Source: Octopus sinensis
Lineage: Eukaryota
NCBI RefSeq assembly: GCF_006345805.1
Contig: NC_043001.1
Coordinates: forward strand, 108,004,001-108,068,000
Reading direction: 5' to 3'
DNA length: 64,000 nt
Of this stretch, positions 37,216-52,405 are shown one piece after another (positions within the stretch are counted from its first letter, which is position 1; every line of letters starts with the position of its first letter). The position numbers and the translations under genes are program-made. Below the pieces are notes generated by a model. That model was not told the DNA's origin, did not search any database, and was given only the letters and a program-made list of their open reading frames with translations.

Positions 37216-38913
37216 TTCGTCTCCTCCGACTACAATCGATGAGAGAAAACACATTTTCGGGATTCTCCGCTTGATGTTCTTGCCTGAACATATACACACA
37301 ATTATATAGACATATGGAACAGACATGAGGGAGGGTGGGGGACACATATATAGTAATTAGGAGACACTCATAAACAGATATGAGGGGGACACGCATAAAC
37401 ATTAACGAAACAGAGTCTTGCGTTCTGTCGTGACACGCACACATACGAGTACAACTTTATCCACACACACACACACACACAAACACGAACTCACACACAC
37501 ATATACATGCACCAACCAATCCAGATGACCACCTCTGACACCAAGAGTTGGCTTGATTTAAACAAAAGAGCCTTTGTTAGTAACTTAGTGACCGGCTTGA
37601 ATTCTGCAAAGGAAAAAAAACTTGAAATATTCCCAAAAACATTCACATACATACATACATACATACATACATACATACACACATACATACATACATACAT
37701 ACATACACACACACATACATACATACATACATACATACATATCTATGTGTATATGTATATATATATATAAATACATACACATACATACATAGATACATAC
37801 ACATACATATATACATACATACACATACATATACATATATACATACACATATATATATATATATACATACACATACACATACATAGATATGTACAAATAA
37901 ATGCCTAAATATACATATTCATAGGAATGTCTGTCTTTCTGTCTTTCTGTCTGTCTGTCTGTCTGTATGTATGTATGTATGTATGTATGTATGTATGTAC
38001 GTATGCGCGAATGTCTGTGTTTATGGATACATATATATAGCTTTAAAGAGCAGTATACATCCCATACGCACATAGAAATAGCTAAAATGTTGCACAAGAA
38101 GTCAGGAACTATGGTAATGCGATGATGAAAAGCAAAAGATTCGGTTCCAATTTCTGGAAAATAAATCAACAAAATTATGGGAGAGAGACAGAGAGACAGA
38201 GAGGGAAAGAAAGCGAAGGAGAAAGAAAGTGGGGGTTCATATCTAAGAGTACGCGCGCTCAGACGAGAAAGATGGAAGAAAATGGGTGAGAAAAGAAGGT
38301 TTGTGAAGAATGAGAGTATAAGGAAATATAGAAACGGAGAGAAGAATACGGGAAAGAAACTAAAGATGGAATAGTTAATTAGAGACGATAATTATTTCTT
38401 GCGTAAATGCGAGGTCTAAATTACGATATTCAGTATTGAGTTTCGTATTTAAATATATCTTCAGTTCATATCTTGCTTCGGGTTATTTTGTTCCTCCAAT
38501 CCTCTCACTGGTTCATAGAATAAGAACCAGGTAAATAGTAGGGTGTCAGGGTGTCGCAGTTGTAAAATTGAGTTCAGCAGTCTTTCTTCCAAACCCGACC
38601 CTCGCCTTCCGAACTTGTGGATTTGTGCCAATGTTAGAAACCATTAATTATTCAAGTTAACGGCGGAATCTTCACACGATCACTTGACCCGCTAAAAATA
38701 GCGACCATATATCTTTCAAATCACTCACAAATATATATATATAAGCGCTGGCGTAGCTGTGTGGTAAGAAGCTTGCTTCCCAACCACATGGTTCCAGATT
38801 CAGTCCCACTGCATGGCACCTTGGGCAAGTGTCTTCTGCTATAGCCTCGGGCCAACCAAAGCCTTGTGAGTGGATTTGGGAGACGGAAACTGAAAGAAGC
38901 TCGTAATATATAT

Positions 38914-38975
<62 letters not shown>

Positions 38976-40379
38976 AATCGAAAAGCAAAATGATATTAAG
39001 TTACATTGACGATTATAGCCGGTTGAGGCACCGCCTTGAAAGATTTATAGTCGAACGAATCGACCCCGGTACTTACTTTTAAAGTTGATACATATTCTGT
39101 CGGCCTCTTAGGCCGAACTGCAAAGTCACGGGAAGTAAACTCACCAACACCGGTTTTCAAGCAGTGGTGAGAGACAAATACACACATACACATATATATA
39201 CAAATATATACGACAGACTTCTTTCAGCTTCCGTCTAGAAATCCACTCATAAAATTTTGGTTGAACTAGCTCCTCCATCTGTCCAAAGTCGGTGATGCTT
39301 ATAAAAATGATCTATGGCAAAAAAAAAAAATCGATGACAATCCAGTGCTTTACAAATTAAGTCTTTTTAATCACGATTTTTGTTCTGCTCCAAATGACAG
39401 ATATTCCAGCACCAAAAGAGGTGCCATGAACCAGTAATGGCTCCTTTGGAAGTCTATAACCGACGTTACTATTTTACCAAAATTGCAAAGCAAACATGAT
39501 TAAATAACTAAATAAGCCTTTCAAATTGAATTCCAATCGCTTGAAGAAAGTCAAAAAAATTTTTAGTTGCTTTCCTTAGTTCTAGTTGATGTAACGTTAA
39601 GCCAGATGGAAAGGAATGTCTCCAGTGTTGAATCTCAAGCTGGCTAGAATTGCACTCAGCTGTAAATATGATTCTCCGAGAAACATTTTTTTGTCTATCC
39701 TGCAACAATATACAGTTTAACAGAGCACTTCCTTTCTTCCCTCATAATATATTTCGAAGTTTTGCTGGAAGAGAATTCTTTGTGAAATACATACACACAC
39801 CAAATTAAAACCGAATTGGCAATATTCCATCGTAAACAAACACATAAACAGACAAATAAATAACATTGCCCAACAGTTGATGCTGAAGCTACAGATTCTG
39901 GATTCAACGAATACTTGGATATCACATCAAATTGTTCTTTTTGGTTTTGCATTTCGTTGCTTTTTGGCTCAGGTTTCAATCGTTAGACAGAGGCCATGTT
40001 GGGACAAGGCCTTCATGCATATATTTTGTTGACCACATCGGACACCCCAGTAATTGTTGGTGTTATTTTATTTCGGGCCAGCCTTGATTGAACAAGATTA
40101 CAATCAAAGGAATTCCGACTGTGACCACTCTGTCCTTTTACTAAATGATATGAATCCAGAACCACATTAACCGATGTGTCGTTTTCCATGACTGTGGGAT
40201 GTGATTTGAGATTATATATGTACGTATGTATATATGTATGCATATATATATATGTATGTATATATAGAAAGAGACCAAAGTGTACGTACGCCGCTATATT
40301 TGTATAAAAAGGAATACCCAAAATGGAATGTTGTCCCTTTTTGTATCATCTAACTGTCTGGATGTTTTGCGTTCTTGTC

Positions 40380-40982
40380 AAACAAGGACAGACAAAGAGA
40401 TTAAGTCGATTACATCGACCCCAGTGCGTAACTGCTAGTTATTTTTAAAGTTTGATACATATTCTGTATCAAATTCTGTATTCAGATTCTGTATAATCGA
40501 CCCCGAAAGGATGAAAGGCAAAGTCGACGGAATTTGAACCTAGAACGTAATGACAGATGAAATACCTATTTCTTTACTACCCACAAGGGACTAAACACAG
40601 AGAGGACAAACAAGGACAGACAAACAGATTAAGTCGATTATATCGACCGCAGTGCGTAACTGGTACTTATTTAATCGACCCCGAAAGGGTGAAAGGGAAA
40701 GTCGACCTCGGCGGAATTTGAACTCAGAATGTAGCAATGGGCGAAATACCTATTTCTTTACTACCCACAAGGGGCTAAACACAGAGGGGACAAACAAGGA
40801 CAGACAAAAGGATTGAGTCGATTGCATCGACCCCAGTGCGTAACTTATACTTAATTTATCGACCCCGAAAGGATGAAAGGCAAACTGGACCTCAGCGGAA
40901 TTTGAATTCAGAACGTAACGGCAGACGAAATACGGCTACGCATTTCGCCCGGCGTGCTAAAGTTTCTGCCATCTCGCCGCCT
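40380..40982 (-). mobile_element. Family D SINE head-to-tail multimer (three bodies, one tRNA head)
   Basis: gaaatacc|tatttctttactacccacaagg junctions at ~40567 and 40751 (period 184). A similar multimer lies at 45285-45656. Single copies at ~12085-12270, 13128-13265, 31860-31990, 50120-50350, 55915-56120 and 61405-61600 (-), and 41030-41230 and 60300-60500 (+). Confidence 0.8.
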
Positions 40983-41031
<49 letters not shown>

Positions 41032-41675
41032 GGTGGTGAGCTGTCAGAATCGTTAAGGCGCCAGACGAAATGCTTAACGCTACATTTTGAGTTCGCCCAT
41101 CGCTACATTTTGAGTTCAAAATCCTCCGAGGTTGGCTTTGCTTTACATCATCCCTGGGAGATGAAATAAGTACCAGTTGAGGACTGGGGTCGACGTAATC
41201 GACTTAGCCCCTCCCTTCGAAGTTGCTAACCTTATTAAAAATTTGAAACCATTATCAATCTGATGTTTTAACAAAATTTTGAAAGGTTTTAATATAGTCA
41301 ACTTTAATATATAGTCAACTTTAAAGCCGGAAGGTTGCATTATAGAACCAAGAGCAGTCTCTGGCAGATTGGTATCAAAAAGGATATGCAATGTTGATAT
41401 CAAACTGTCTTACAAGTGGCATGGTTTATTAATAAGCATGCTTGTGTACAAGCTTCTTACCACACAACCGATCATACATAGGAATTAGCTTTTTATCACA
41501 TAAGTGAAATAGAGTGGCTGTGTGATAAGAAGTATGCCTCTCAACTACATGATTCCGGGTTCAGTCCCAGTACGTAGCACCTTGGGCAAGAGTCTTGTTC
41601 TATAGCCTCGGGCCAACCAAAGCCTTGTGAGTGGATTTGGTAGACGGTATCTCAAAGAAGCCCGTCGTGAGTATA

Positions 41676-41779
<104 letters not shown>

Positions 41780-42750
41780 TGTGTGCGCTTGTGTTTATTC
41801 CCCACCACCACTTGACAACCGATGCTAGTGTGTTTATGTCCCCGTAAACTAGCGGTTCGGCAAAAGAGCCCGATAGAATAAGTACTAGACTTACAAAAAT
41901 AAGTCCTGTGGTCGATTTCTTCGACTAGCATCAGTTAAGGCGATGCTCCAGCATGACCACAGTCAAATGACTGAAACAAGTGTAAAATAGTCATGTAGTT
42001 TCCTTAAAACTGTATCTTCCTCGTAATGAGTTTAAAATAGTTTGGTATGGGTCAGGATGCCATTCTTGGATGCCCTCGCTCCCGCTGACTTTAGAAGCTG
42101 GTTACGCTATTGCCTGCGCGATTTATTTCGCCTGTAGTGGTAGTAGTATAAAGGAAGGTTGGAGGCGCAATGGCTCAATGGATAGGGCAGCAGACTCGCG
42201 GTCGTAGGATCACGGTTTCGATTCCTAGACCGGGCATTGTGTTTATAGAGCGAAAACACTTAAAGCTCCACGAGGCTCCAGCAGGAGGTGGTGGCGAACC
42301 CTGCTGTACCCTTTCACCACAACTTTCTCTCACCCTTTCTTCCTGTTTCTGGTGTACCTGTATTTCAAAAGGGCCAGCCTTGTCACACTCTATGTCACGC
42401 TGAATCTCCCCGAGAACTACGTTAAGGACACACGTGTCTGTGGGTGCTCAGCCACTTGCACGTTAATTCCATGAGCAGGCGGTTCCGTTGATCGGATCAA
42501 CTGGAACCCACATCGTCGCAACCGACGGAGTGCCATAGTTGTAATATAGAGGAAGGATATTGTGTTGCTGGTAATAATTTATTCGTTCAGGGAAGGGTGT
42601 ATCATGCTGTTCAGGCTGGGAGGTGGGGTAGCTGATACGGTTGTGATACAGTATTTCAGCGGTGTACAGGTGGGTGGCCATGTTGATGGTTATTGCTGGT
42701 ATTGCGGGCGAATGTGGTTATCAGCGGTTTGAAATTATAGTAGTGTGCAT

Positions 42751-42751
<1 letters not shown>

Positions 42752-42788
<37 letters not shown>

Positions 42789-42930
42789 TGTAGAGTCGGT
42801 GGTGTCGGCGGTGTTGGTAGCTATACGGCGGCGTCTGTGGTGGTGGTGGTGACGATGATGACGACGATGACGACGACGACGGTGATGATGATGATGGTGA
42901 TGAGGATGGCGATAAAGACGATGGTGATGT
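42752..42930. repeat. (GGC)n, (GGT)n and (GAT/GAC)n compound microsatellite
   Basis: Direct reading. Confidence 0.9.
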
Positions 42931-43178
42931 GGTTTGGGCGGCGGTGGTAACGCTGTTTCTGGCTCTTGTGGTGGAGAAAGCTGAGCTGTTTCTCAGCTCT
43001 AGTTACTTAGACCTCGTAATACTAGTTTAAAGGAAGCGAGAGGCATATTTATACAGCACGACTGGAAGAGGAGGGAAGGGAAAAAGGTAAACAAGAAAAG
43101 AAATTAAATAGAGAAATAGACAAACAAATAGAAAGAAAGAAAGAACGAACGAAAAATTCCTTCGCGCCATTTGATTAA

Positions 43179-43493
<315 letters not shown>

Positions 43494-46281
43494 TAAAGGT
43501 TCATTGTTCCTCCCGCCATTTAGCCAAACGCTAAACATTGTAGTAGTTAAGTGTGGAGTTTATTAAGATACCAATGCTAAACTGTATTTAATAAAGTCTC
43601 CAACAAGTTAACTAAATTTGTTTTTGCTTGTGATTCTTCGTTTCTCTTGGTTTATACTGTGAAAGGCCTATAATTACGTGCTGCTATATGTACAGTCTAC
43701 ACACAAACACACACACACACACACACACACATAAGCATCTATGTGGGAGGATAATATATTATGCGCAACACAGCGGGGGTCCGAAGGATTAAAATAAATA
43801 TACAATGTCGAAAGTGTGGTCGTGAGAGAAATAAGAAAGAAAACATATTCCTTCTCTGATTTTCGTATACAAAATAAAGAGACGTGGAGTCTCCTAACAG
43901 ACCGTTTTTACAATATTTTGATGGCGCGTCAGAGAAAACGTGCAGTTTTCTTCCCTGCTCAAAAGCACAGAGTATCAAAATATGTAAACTAGACTACCCA
44001 CCAGTGTGATAGCCTAATTCATTATAGCTTTATATAGTAGCTGGATAAATCATATTTTAGACTGGGGAAGGAGACCGCGTGTGTCCATCAGAATATTCAC
44101 CCCGCTTCATTCTTGCACATCAAAATCATAAGAGTATTACGTTTGTATTCCTATTTGCTTTATTGTTATCCTTTCTGTTTGATATATATATATATATATA
44201 CATATGTGTGTGTGTATCTGCGTGCACACACACACACACACACCACACACACACATATATATATATATATTATATATATATATATAATATATATATATAT
44301 ATATGGTAAAAGGCTGATCGTGGGAATCGAACACCCATCTGAAAACAAGAAATGATTTCTACTATCCCATTGGATCAAACTACCCTTCGAATTTCTCTCT
44401 CCATGTTAAAAACCTATTCTTACCAGTAGGTATTGTATATTGTTGACCGTAGACGAATTTAAAAACTTCGAAAGAACCTCGAGTTGCTATCTCAACATCA
44501 CTGAATATAAATTTTATTGAAATTTCGTCCTCACCTAAGCCTCTTATTAATTTGCTACTCGGCTGTAAAAGTTTTCCAGCAGAAATAACCTAACTTCAGA
44601 TTTGTTTTAAGGCTGTAGATACAAAGAATGACCCTTTTCTTTACCTCAAAAATCCAATGCAAAGATAACCTACTAAAGATATTAATTGGAACGTCAACTC
44701 TTCCTAAATATTGCCTTGTTTTTCTGATAAACGTTTTTAATCTTTCAGTAAATATTCATACAAATTCATTTATATACCGATACATACACACGTGTACAAA
44801 CATACATTAACACTGATACAGACACACATATACACGATACAGCTGTTACGCAAATATTATTGCATGCCTCTTGTGTACTTACAGCTAATCGGGAGTATTT
44901 AAGGGGATTTGCTAGTTTGATAAAACAGTTTTGGCTATTCAGTAAGATAAAGCATCCGGGTGAGGAAGGATCGCTTTTGAAAAGCAAGTGTATTGGAATT
45001 AGCACTGTACGACACGATAACAGCGTCGCCGCTTAATTACAACGAACTCCATGACCCAAATAGGACATAAGCTTGGTTGGCATTGCCATGCTTTGCTGCT
45101 CTTGCAAAAAGAAAAGACAGTGGACCTTGATAATGAATGAAAGACATATAACAGGTTTTACTTTTTATCTAAAGCAAGTATGATGGCCGCATCAAAAGTT
45201 TCGGGAACTGAAACTCCAGGAACTAAATACTTCTTTTTAATTTAGGCACAAAAGCAGTAATTTTGAGGGGGTGGATTACCTATTCCTTTACTGCCGACAA
45301 GGGGCTACACACAGAGGGGGCAAACAAGGACAGATAAACGGATTAAGTCGATTATATCGACTCCAGAGCGTAATTGGTACTTATTTAATCGACCCCGAAA
45401 GGATGAAAGGCAAAGTCGACCTCACAACGTAGCGACAGACGAAATACCTGTTTCTTTACTACCCACAAGGGGCTAAACACAGAGAGGACAAACAAGGACA
45501 GACAAAGGGATTAAGTCGATTACTTATTTAATCAACTCCGAAAGGATGAAAGGCAAAGTTGACCTCGGCGGAATTTGAACTCAGAACGTAACGGCAGATG
45601 AAATACCGCTGAGCATTTCGCCCGGCGCGCTAACGTTTCTGCCAGCTCGCTGCCTTTGAAAACTTACACATTAAGATGGATTTTATCATTTAAAAAAATG
45701 GAATTTTCGGACAAAATTGTCAACTGTGCCAAATCTGCAACAAATAGATGACTATAGCTTTCATTTTATTTTATTTTATTTTGTTTTATTTTGCATTCAT
45801 AGACTCAATAAAGACTACAAAAAGAGAGGATTGCATTTAGCAGGGATAATTATAGATACAAAACAGCAAAGTGATAAGAATCAATTAGGATCATTGCTTA
45901 AAGTTAGTAATTTCTATGGACGATCGTATTTCAGACAGTATAACGCCATTTGCATTATTTTGTAAACGCGGCGTCCATTTTCATGAAATATTCAGCAACA
46001 ATAGGCATTGGAATATATAATCTGATGCCATTTAAAGAAGTTACCTGATACAAATAAATGTAAGAGAAATGTCTATGTCAACAATATAGGCACAAGATGG
46101 CCATCTTGAATTACAATTCTCGAGAGTATTAACCCGAACTGAAATTGTAGCTAACCAACAGCGACATCCGCACGCAGCATGACATGACCTTACAGATGAC
46201 AGCCATTAATTATCAAAATATCTAAACGTAAATGGATCTAAAATATCAAATGACGCATTATCTCGATTAGAATATATTAAT

Positions 46282-46622
46282 GAAGCGGGATGGGTTGAAC
46301 GTGATGATGATGATGATGATGATGATGATGTTGATGACGGTGATGATGATGATGACGTTGTTGATGACGATGTTGATGATGATGATGACGACGACGATGT
46401 TGATGACGATGTTGGTGATGAAGATAATGATGATGATGATGACGATGTTGATGATGATGATGATGACAATGTTGATGATGATGATGATGATGATGATGAT
46501 GACAATGTTGATGATGATAATGACGATGATGATTATGATGACGATGTTGATGGTGATGATGATGAAGATGATAATGATGATGAGGATATTGATGATGATG
46601 ATGATGACGAGATGAAGATGAG
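46282..46622. repeat. Imperfect (GAT)n microsatellite
   Basis: Direct reading; source of the poly-Met/His/Ser pseudo-ORFs. Confidence 0.95.
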
Positions 46623-47234
46623 TTTATCATCCATCTTGTTGTGACTAATCTTATAAACGCGGAATATAAAGTTCGAGATTGCCAGAAGTATTAATTTTAT
46701 CTGAAATATGAAAAAAAGATATCTAAGTATAATAGGAGTGATTGTTGTTGCTGTTGTTGTTGTTGTTGAAAGACCATTTAAGGTAATGAAAAATATGCCA
46801 ACTGCTAATTATTGTTTCTTATGTAATGAAGATTTAATTGTTCCACCAACCTAATAAGATTATCACTATATATATATATTAGGTCGTATATATACGACGG
46901 GCTTCTTTCAGTTTCCATCTATTAAATCTACTCACAAGGCTTTGGTCGGCCCAAGGCTATAGTAGAAGACACTTGCCCAAGATGCTACGCAATGGAACTG
47001 AACCCGCCAACATATATATATATATATATAAGGAGAGTTCACGAAAAAAAACAAAAGACAAAGACAGGTGGTGTACAAAACAAACAGATGTATTAGTATA
47101 ACGCTCAGGAATTGAAAAAGTCTTTTACGTTTCGAGCCTACGCTCTTCTACAGAAAGGGACGCAGAAAAAAACAAGGAGAGAAAAAAAGATGTGTGTAGT
47201 GGCCACCGATCTATCATGGCGATATATATATTTT

Positions 47235-47378
47235 ATTAATAAAGCTGCAAAGACATCACAAAAAACTGTTACTCATAGTTTCACTTTCTCCTTCGTCGGA
47301 CACTAAAACCGTCCGACGAACGGGAACGTGAAACTCTGAGTAACTATTTAGTGATGTCTTTGCAGGTTTATTAATAAA
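47235..47378. mobile_element. Head-to-head inverted PLE-terminal relic with HHR motifs
   Basis: Arms 47235-47301 and 47311-47378 (gtccgacgaa..gtgaaact.tgagtaac..gtgatgtctttgcag.tttattaataa) around a 9-nt spacer. Confidence 0.7.
47311..47344 (+). ncRNA. Minimal HHR-like motif (U4C variant)
   Basis: gu-CCGACGA-ACG-ggaa-CGU-GAAA-CUC-U-GAG-UA-ac; stem I only 2 bp in this copy; near-palindromic stem III. Confidence 0.5.
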
Positions 47379-48149
47379 GCATATTACTCTACCTCCGGTA
47401 TTCGAGTACTATTTTTTCCAACTTGTTTCACATTCATGTGCTTACTCTGGTATATACATATATATATACACACACACACACACACGCACACGCACACTCA
47501 CACACACACACGCATATATATATATATATATTATATATATATATATATATTCACACACACACGCATATGACGATATATATATATTACAGTGTATCTACAA
47601 GATTTTATTTCGCCCGAGGCTATAGCTGAAAACACTTGTCCAAGGTTCCTCGCCGTAGGACTGAACCCGGAACCATGTGGTTGGAAAGGAAACTTCTCTC
47701 AACACAGCTACTCCTGCGCGTATTAAAAAAAATATTCCACGAAGACAGCATAAAAATATGCGACTCTATGTATACACAATCAACGGTCAACAACCTCAAA
47801 ATAATGAGACAACCTCAAACACAATACACCAAGACCGCACACAACGGAAATCAAAAGAAGCAACAATTAAATAAGCCAGGAAACTTCGAATAAATAAATA
47901 AAGCTGAGAAAAGCAGAAAACTGACAGATATTTACATACTTTATAAACTACGAAACTAACTGTTGAATACAGAACAATTAGAAATATAAACAACAGCTAT
48001 GTAACATAACAACCTTTGTTAAAATAAAAACAAAAACTCAATTGATATAGCCATTCTACGACATTAAACAGACACCCTCATCAAACAGTTCTCAAACATA
48101 AGTTGCCGGAAATCAGTACAGTCAGTACATTGATTATATTATTAAGTAA

Positions 48150-48183
<34 letters not shown>

Positions 48184-48184
48184 T

Positions 48185-48268
<84 letters not shown>

Positions 48269-48744
48269 CCTCGGCACTCGTCGGTTGTGACGACGTTGGG
48301 TCCAGTTGATACGATCAACGGAACAACCTGCTCGTGCAATTAACGTGCAAGTGGCTGAGCAATCCACAGACACGTGTATCCTTAACGTAGTTCTCGAGGG
48401 GAGATTCAGCGTGACACAGAGTGTGACAAGACTGGCCCTTTGAAATACAGGTACAACAGAAACAGGAAGAAAGGGCGAGAGAATGTTGTGATGAAAGAAT
48501 ACGGCAGGGTTCGCCACTATCCCCTGCTGGAGCCTTGTGGAGCTTTAGGTGTTTTCGCTCAAAAAACACTCACGACGCCCGGTCTGGGAATCCGAACCGG
48601 GATCCTACGACCGTGAGTTCGCTGCCCTAACCACTGGGCCATTGCGCCTCCACTGATAGATAGATACATACATACATACATACATACATACATACATACA
48701 TACATACATACATACATACATACATACATACATACATACAAAAT

Positions 48745-49765
48745 AAATATATAAATGCAGTGCTGAAAAGTGAAGTGAGCAACATTGTACGAGTTAGCAG
48801 TGAGCTTCTTATGAAGCTCTCTTTTCCTGATGATCTCCTATACAGCCCCCAAACAGCTGGGCTCTCTTACCTCAGAGAAGATCTCGATGGAAAGCACTCA
48901 GTATACAAAAAAAAAGACTATGCATGGGTATGTTGCCCGGAAGCTTGAAGAAGACAGTAGAATTGACACGAATCGCAGCCTCTCTTGGACACAAGACCAC
49001 TACATCACATCACACTTTGAAGGCCATGCGTTTGCAATCCAGGTATAGGAGATTGCCACAAAGCACCTGGTGAACAAGAAAGACAGTGATGTTCTTTTAA
49101 TCCCAAGTGCAACCGCATGTATAAGCTATGTTATGTTCCTGTGGAAGACATTACACACGTGATTAGCAGCTGTCCTAAAATGCCCACATGGTTCTACCTC
49201 CCTATGCGGCACGATGCTGTCTCTAAAACAGATTACATTACCATCCGCAAGAAAGACTGTCTTGAAATAAACTTAGAAAATCCCTCTCTTATGGAATACA
49301 TTCATAAACACCAACTCAAGGAACACTGGTGGAATATTGCCAACAAAACATTCTGTCAAATGTAAACATAACATGCTGGATATCGCTGTTTGGGACAGAG
49401 GGGCAAGAGATCAGCTGCCTTGCAGATATAAATATCTCTTTGAAAATCAAAGTAAAAGAGGATATCCATGGACAACTGCATCGAAACCTCCAGCTTCTAT
49501 ATCCAGACTATGAATTCATATTCATACCGATAATAATTGGGGCACTAGGATTTGTTAGTAAATGCTTAAAGGAGAATCTGGATAAACTTGGATTTTCAGA
49601 AAGAGAAATCGACCGACTAATTCGTACATTACAAGTTCAATCTGTGAGTGAAACAGTAAAAATATGCAATACTTTTCTCAAGTTCCAAATGTTAATTTGT
49701 CAGTGTTATCTACATCCCAGGGATGGGACCTTGTATCTTTGTTGGAAGAACATACATACATACAT
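48745..49765 (+). mobile_element. R4/Dong-type RLE LINE, 5'-truncated, embedded in (TACA)n
   Basis: WTQDHYITSHFEGHAFAIQ, CKLCYVPVEDITHVISSCPKM (CCHC), MRHDAVSK and QLLYPDYEFIFIPIIIGALG..QVQSVSETVKICNTF; (TACA)n at 48665-48740 and CATACATACATA at 49751. Confidence 0.85.
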
Positions 49766-51081
49766 ATAAGAAGAAAGAGAGACAGTGAGAAAGTCGCTTA
49801 TGGCTCAGTCATCAGGGGAAGGGCAACCCTCATGAACATTTGTGCACGCTCAGGTGGTGAGGTCAAACTAAAGGGGAAATTAGGGCTATCACGAAAGAAT
49901 AAATAGACTGTGATGGGTTATGTCTAACCATTTTCATTCATGAAACTAGGTTAATGTGGAAAGGCATGCGCCAGAGTGCCGTGATGTAGAATCGAACCTG
50001 GAACCAGGCGAGAAGATTGCCAAGCTAAATTCAAATCTACATCCCATAGATAATATATATGCGTAGGAGTGTGTGTGCACGTCAGTGTGTGTGCGTGTGT
50101 ATATTTGCTATATATATATATTTCTTTATTGCCTACAGGGGGCTAAACATAGAAGGGACAAACAAGGACAGACAAAGGGATTAAATCGATTACATCGAAC
50201 CCAGTGCAAAACTGGTACTTAATTTATCGACCCCGAAAGGATGAAAGGCAAAGTCGACCTCGGCGGAATTTGAACTCAAAACGTAATGGCAGACGAAATA
50301 CTGCTAAGCATTTCGCCCGGCATGCTAACGATTCTGCCAGATCGCCGCCCTTATACTTGCTATATAAACGTAGTATGGGTCGTGAATAGCAAACACGTTA
50401 ACATGACACGATTAAATAAAAAGTGTCGCTTTAACTTACGAAGACCAAACAACGTTGAATAACGAACTAAAGGTGTCAACGACATACATATAGGGAATAT
50501 TTACATAAACCATACTTACCTGTAGCGTATGTTTGATTAGGTCACCAGCAGGATATATTTCATGAGTCGTTTGGAAGAAGGGGAATTATCTAGCAATGCC
50601 ATTTTAGGCATACACATACATATAGGCGCAGTCGTGGCTGGGCGATAGGAAGTTTGTTTTCTAACCATATGGTTCCGAGTTCATTCCCGCTGCGTGGCAC
50701 CTTGGCCAAGTGACGTTTTATTAGAGCTTCGGGCAAGACCAAAGCTTTGTGAGGGGGCTTGGTAGACGGAGACTGAAAGAAGCCCATCGTATATTTTGTG
50801 TGTGTGTGTTTGTCTTTTGATTCTATATTTGTCCCCCACCACTGCTTGACAACCGGTGCTGGTGTCTTTGAGTCCTCGTAACGCACCGGTTCTGCAAAAC
50901 AAAGACCGGCGGAATAAGTGCCAACGGGCTTCTCGTAGTTCAGAATTTCTCGAATATGTGTCAAAATGTACGACAGCTAAAAAAGTCTCCAAATGGAATT
51001 ACAGTCGTGGTGTAAGTTAGATAGCAATTCGAGTTTTCTATTGTTTTTACGGCATATTTTAATATCTGTAAGCTTTCAGAC

Positions 51082-51344
51082 GTGGAGGCGCGTGGCTTAG
51101 TGGTTAGGGTGTCAGCATCATGATCGTAAGATTGTGGTTTCGATTCCAGGACCGGGCGACGCGTTGTGTTCTTGAGTAAAACACTTCATTTCACGTTGCT
51201 CCAGTCCATTCAGCTGGTAAAATTGAGTAATGCTGCGATGGACTGGCGTCCCGTCCAACTGGGGAACACATACGCCATTGAAACCGGGAAACCGGGCCCA
51301 TGAGCCTGGCTAGGCTTTAAAAGGGCGCTTTTATTTTTATTTTT
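51082..51344 (+). mobile_element. CORE-like SINE family B with 13-bp TSD
   Basis: Nearly the same sequence as 11800-12056; TSD taagctttcagac at 51069-51081 and 51345-51357. Confidence 0.92.
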
Positions 51345-51902
51345 TAAGCTTTCAGACAGATTCTACGGCCTGATGATACGGTAAAATATGGTGTAGCTCT
51401 GCCAACAATGGTTGACGCTGTAATAGTATGAGGATATCTTTTGATCCCTGGGCTTCCAGATGAATTAGTACAGGGAAGTGGAGATTTTCCTGTTCATTTA
51501 AATGTCACTTTCCTTGTTTCTAAAAGAATACAGGTGTTGACTGTAACGTCCATTGACATGAGTAGTGAACTCTGTGCATAACGATAAAAAATACGTAACT
51601 GAATTCTACAGGAGAATATATCTGACGGGTGAACGAGTCTGTTAAATAAATCGATATCAATACGATACAAATAAAGTTAATATAATCTTATGAAAATATA
51701 TTTACATAAATGTTGTTTTTATTTATAATATATACATATATTTCAAATACATTGAACGAGCAAAAACAGGAAATATGTATTGGGTGTTTCTCTGCCTCAC
51801 CGCATTCTCATTTCCTTCAATCACATTTCTATTTAATTTCATCATATATTAAGTATAGCACCTTATTAAGTTATATATTTCCACAGACACGTGTATTCAT
51901 GC

Positions 51903-51938
<36 letters not shown>

Positions 51939-51980
51939 ACTTGGCATATACACATAAGTTATATATCATATATATACGTT

Positions 51981-52020
<40 letters not shown>

Positions 52021-52077
52021 GATATATATATATATATACATAAATATATACTTATATCTATATATATATATATGTAT

Positions 52078-52108
<31 letters not shown>

Positions 52109-52143
52109 GTATATATATATATATGTATACATATATATATATG

Positions 52144-52177
<34 letters not shown>

Positions 52178-52278
52178 TGTATATGTATATGTATATATGT
52201 ATGTATATATGTATATGTATATATGTATATATATATATATAATGTATATATGTATATATATGTATATATGTATATGTA

Positions 52279-52337
<59 letters not shown>

Positions 52338-52367
52338 GTAAGAAGTAAGTTTCCTCCATTTTCTGCT

Positions 52368-52405
<38 letters not shown>

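Noticed and set aside
39500-39980. Non-repetitive ORFs 39508-39708 and 39695-39979 (-), and a plus-strand frame with SFWFCISLLFGSG (iGluR pore-like)
   Set aside because: The resemblance covers only a few residues and ends at a stop; there are no neighbouring exons.
46206-46630. Poly-Met, poly-His and poly-Ser ORFs
   Set aside because: All derive from one imperfect (GAT)n tract; there is no flanking protein-like sequence or splice support.
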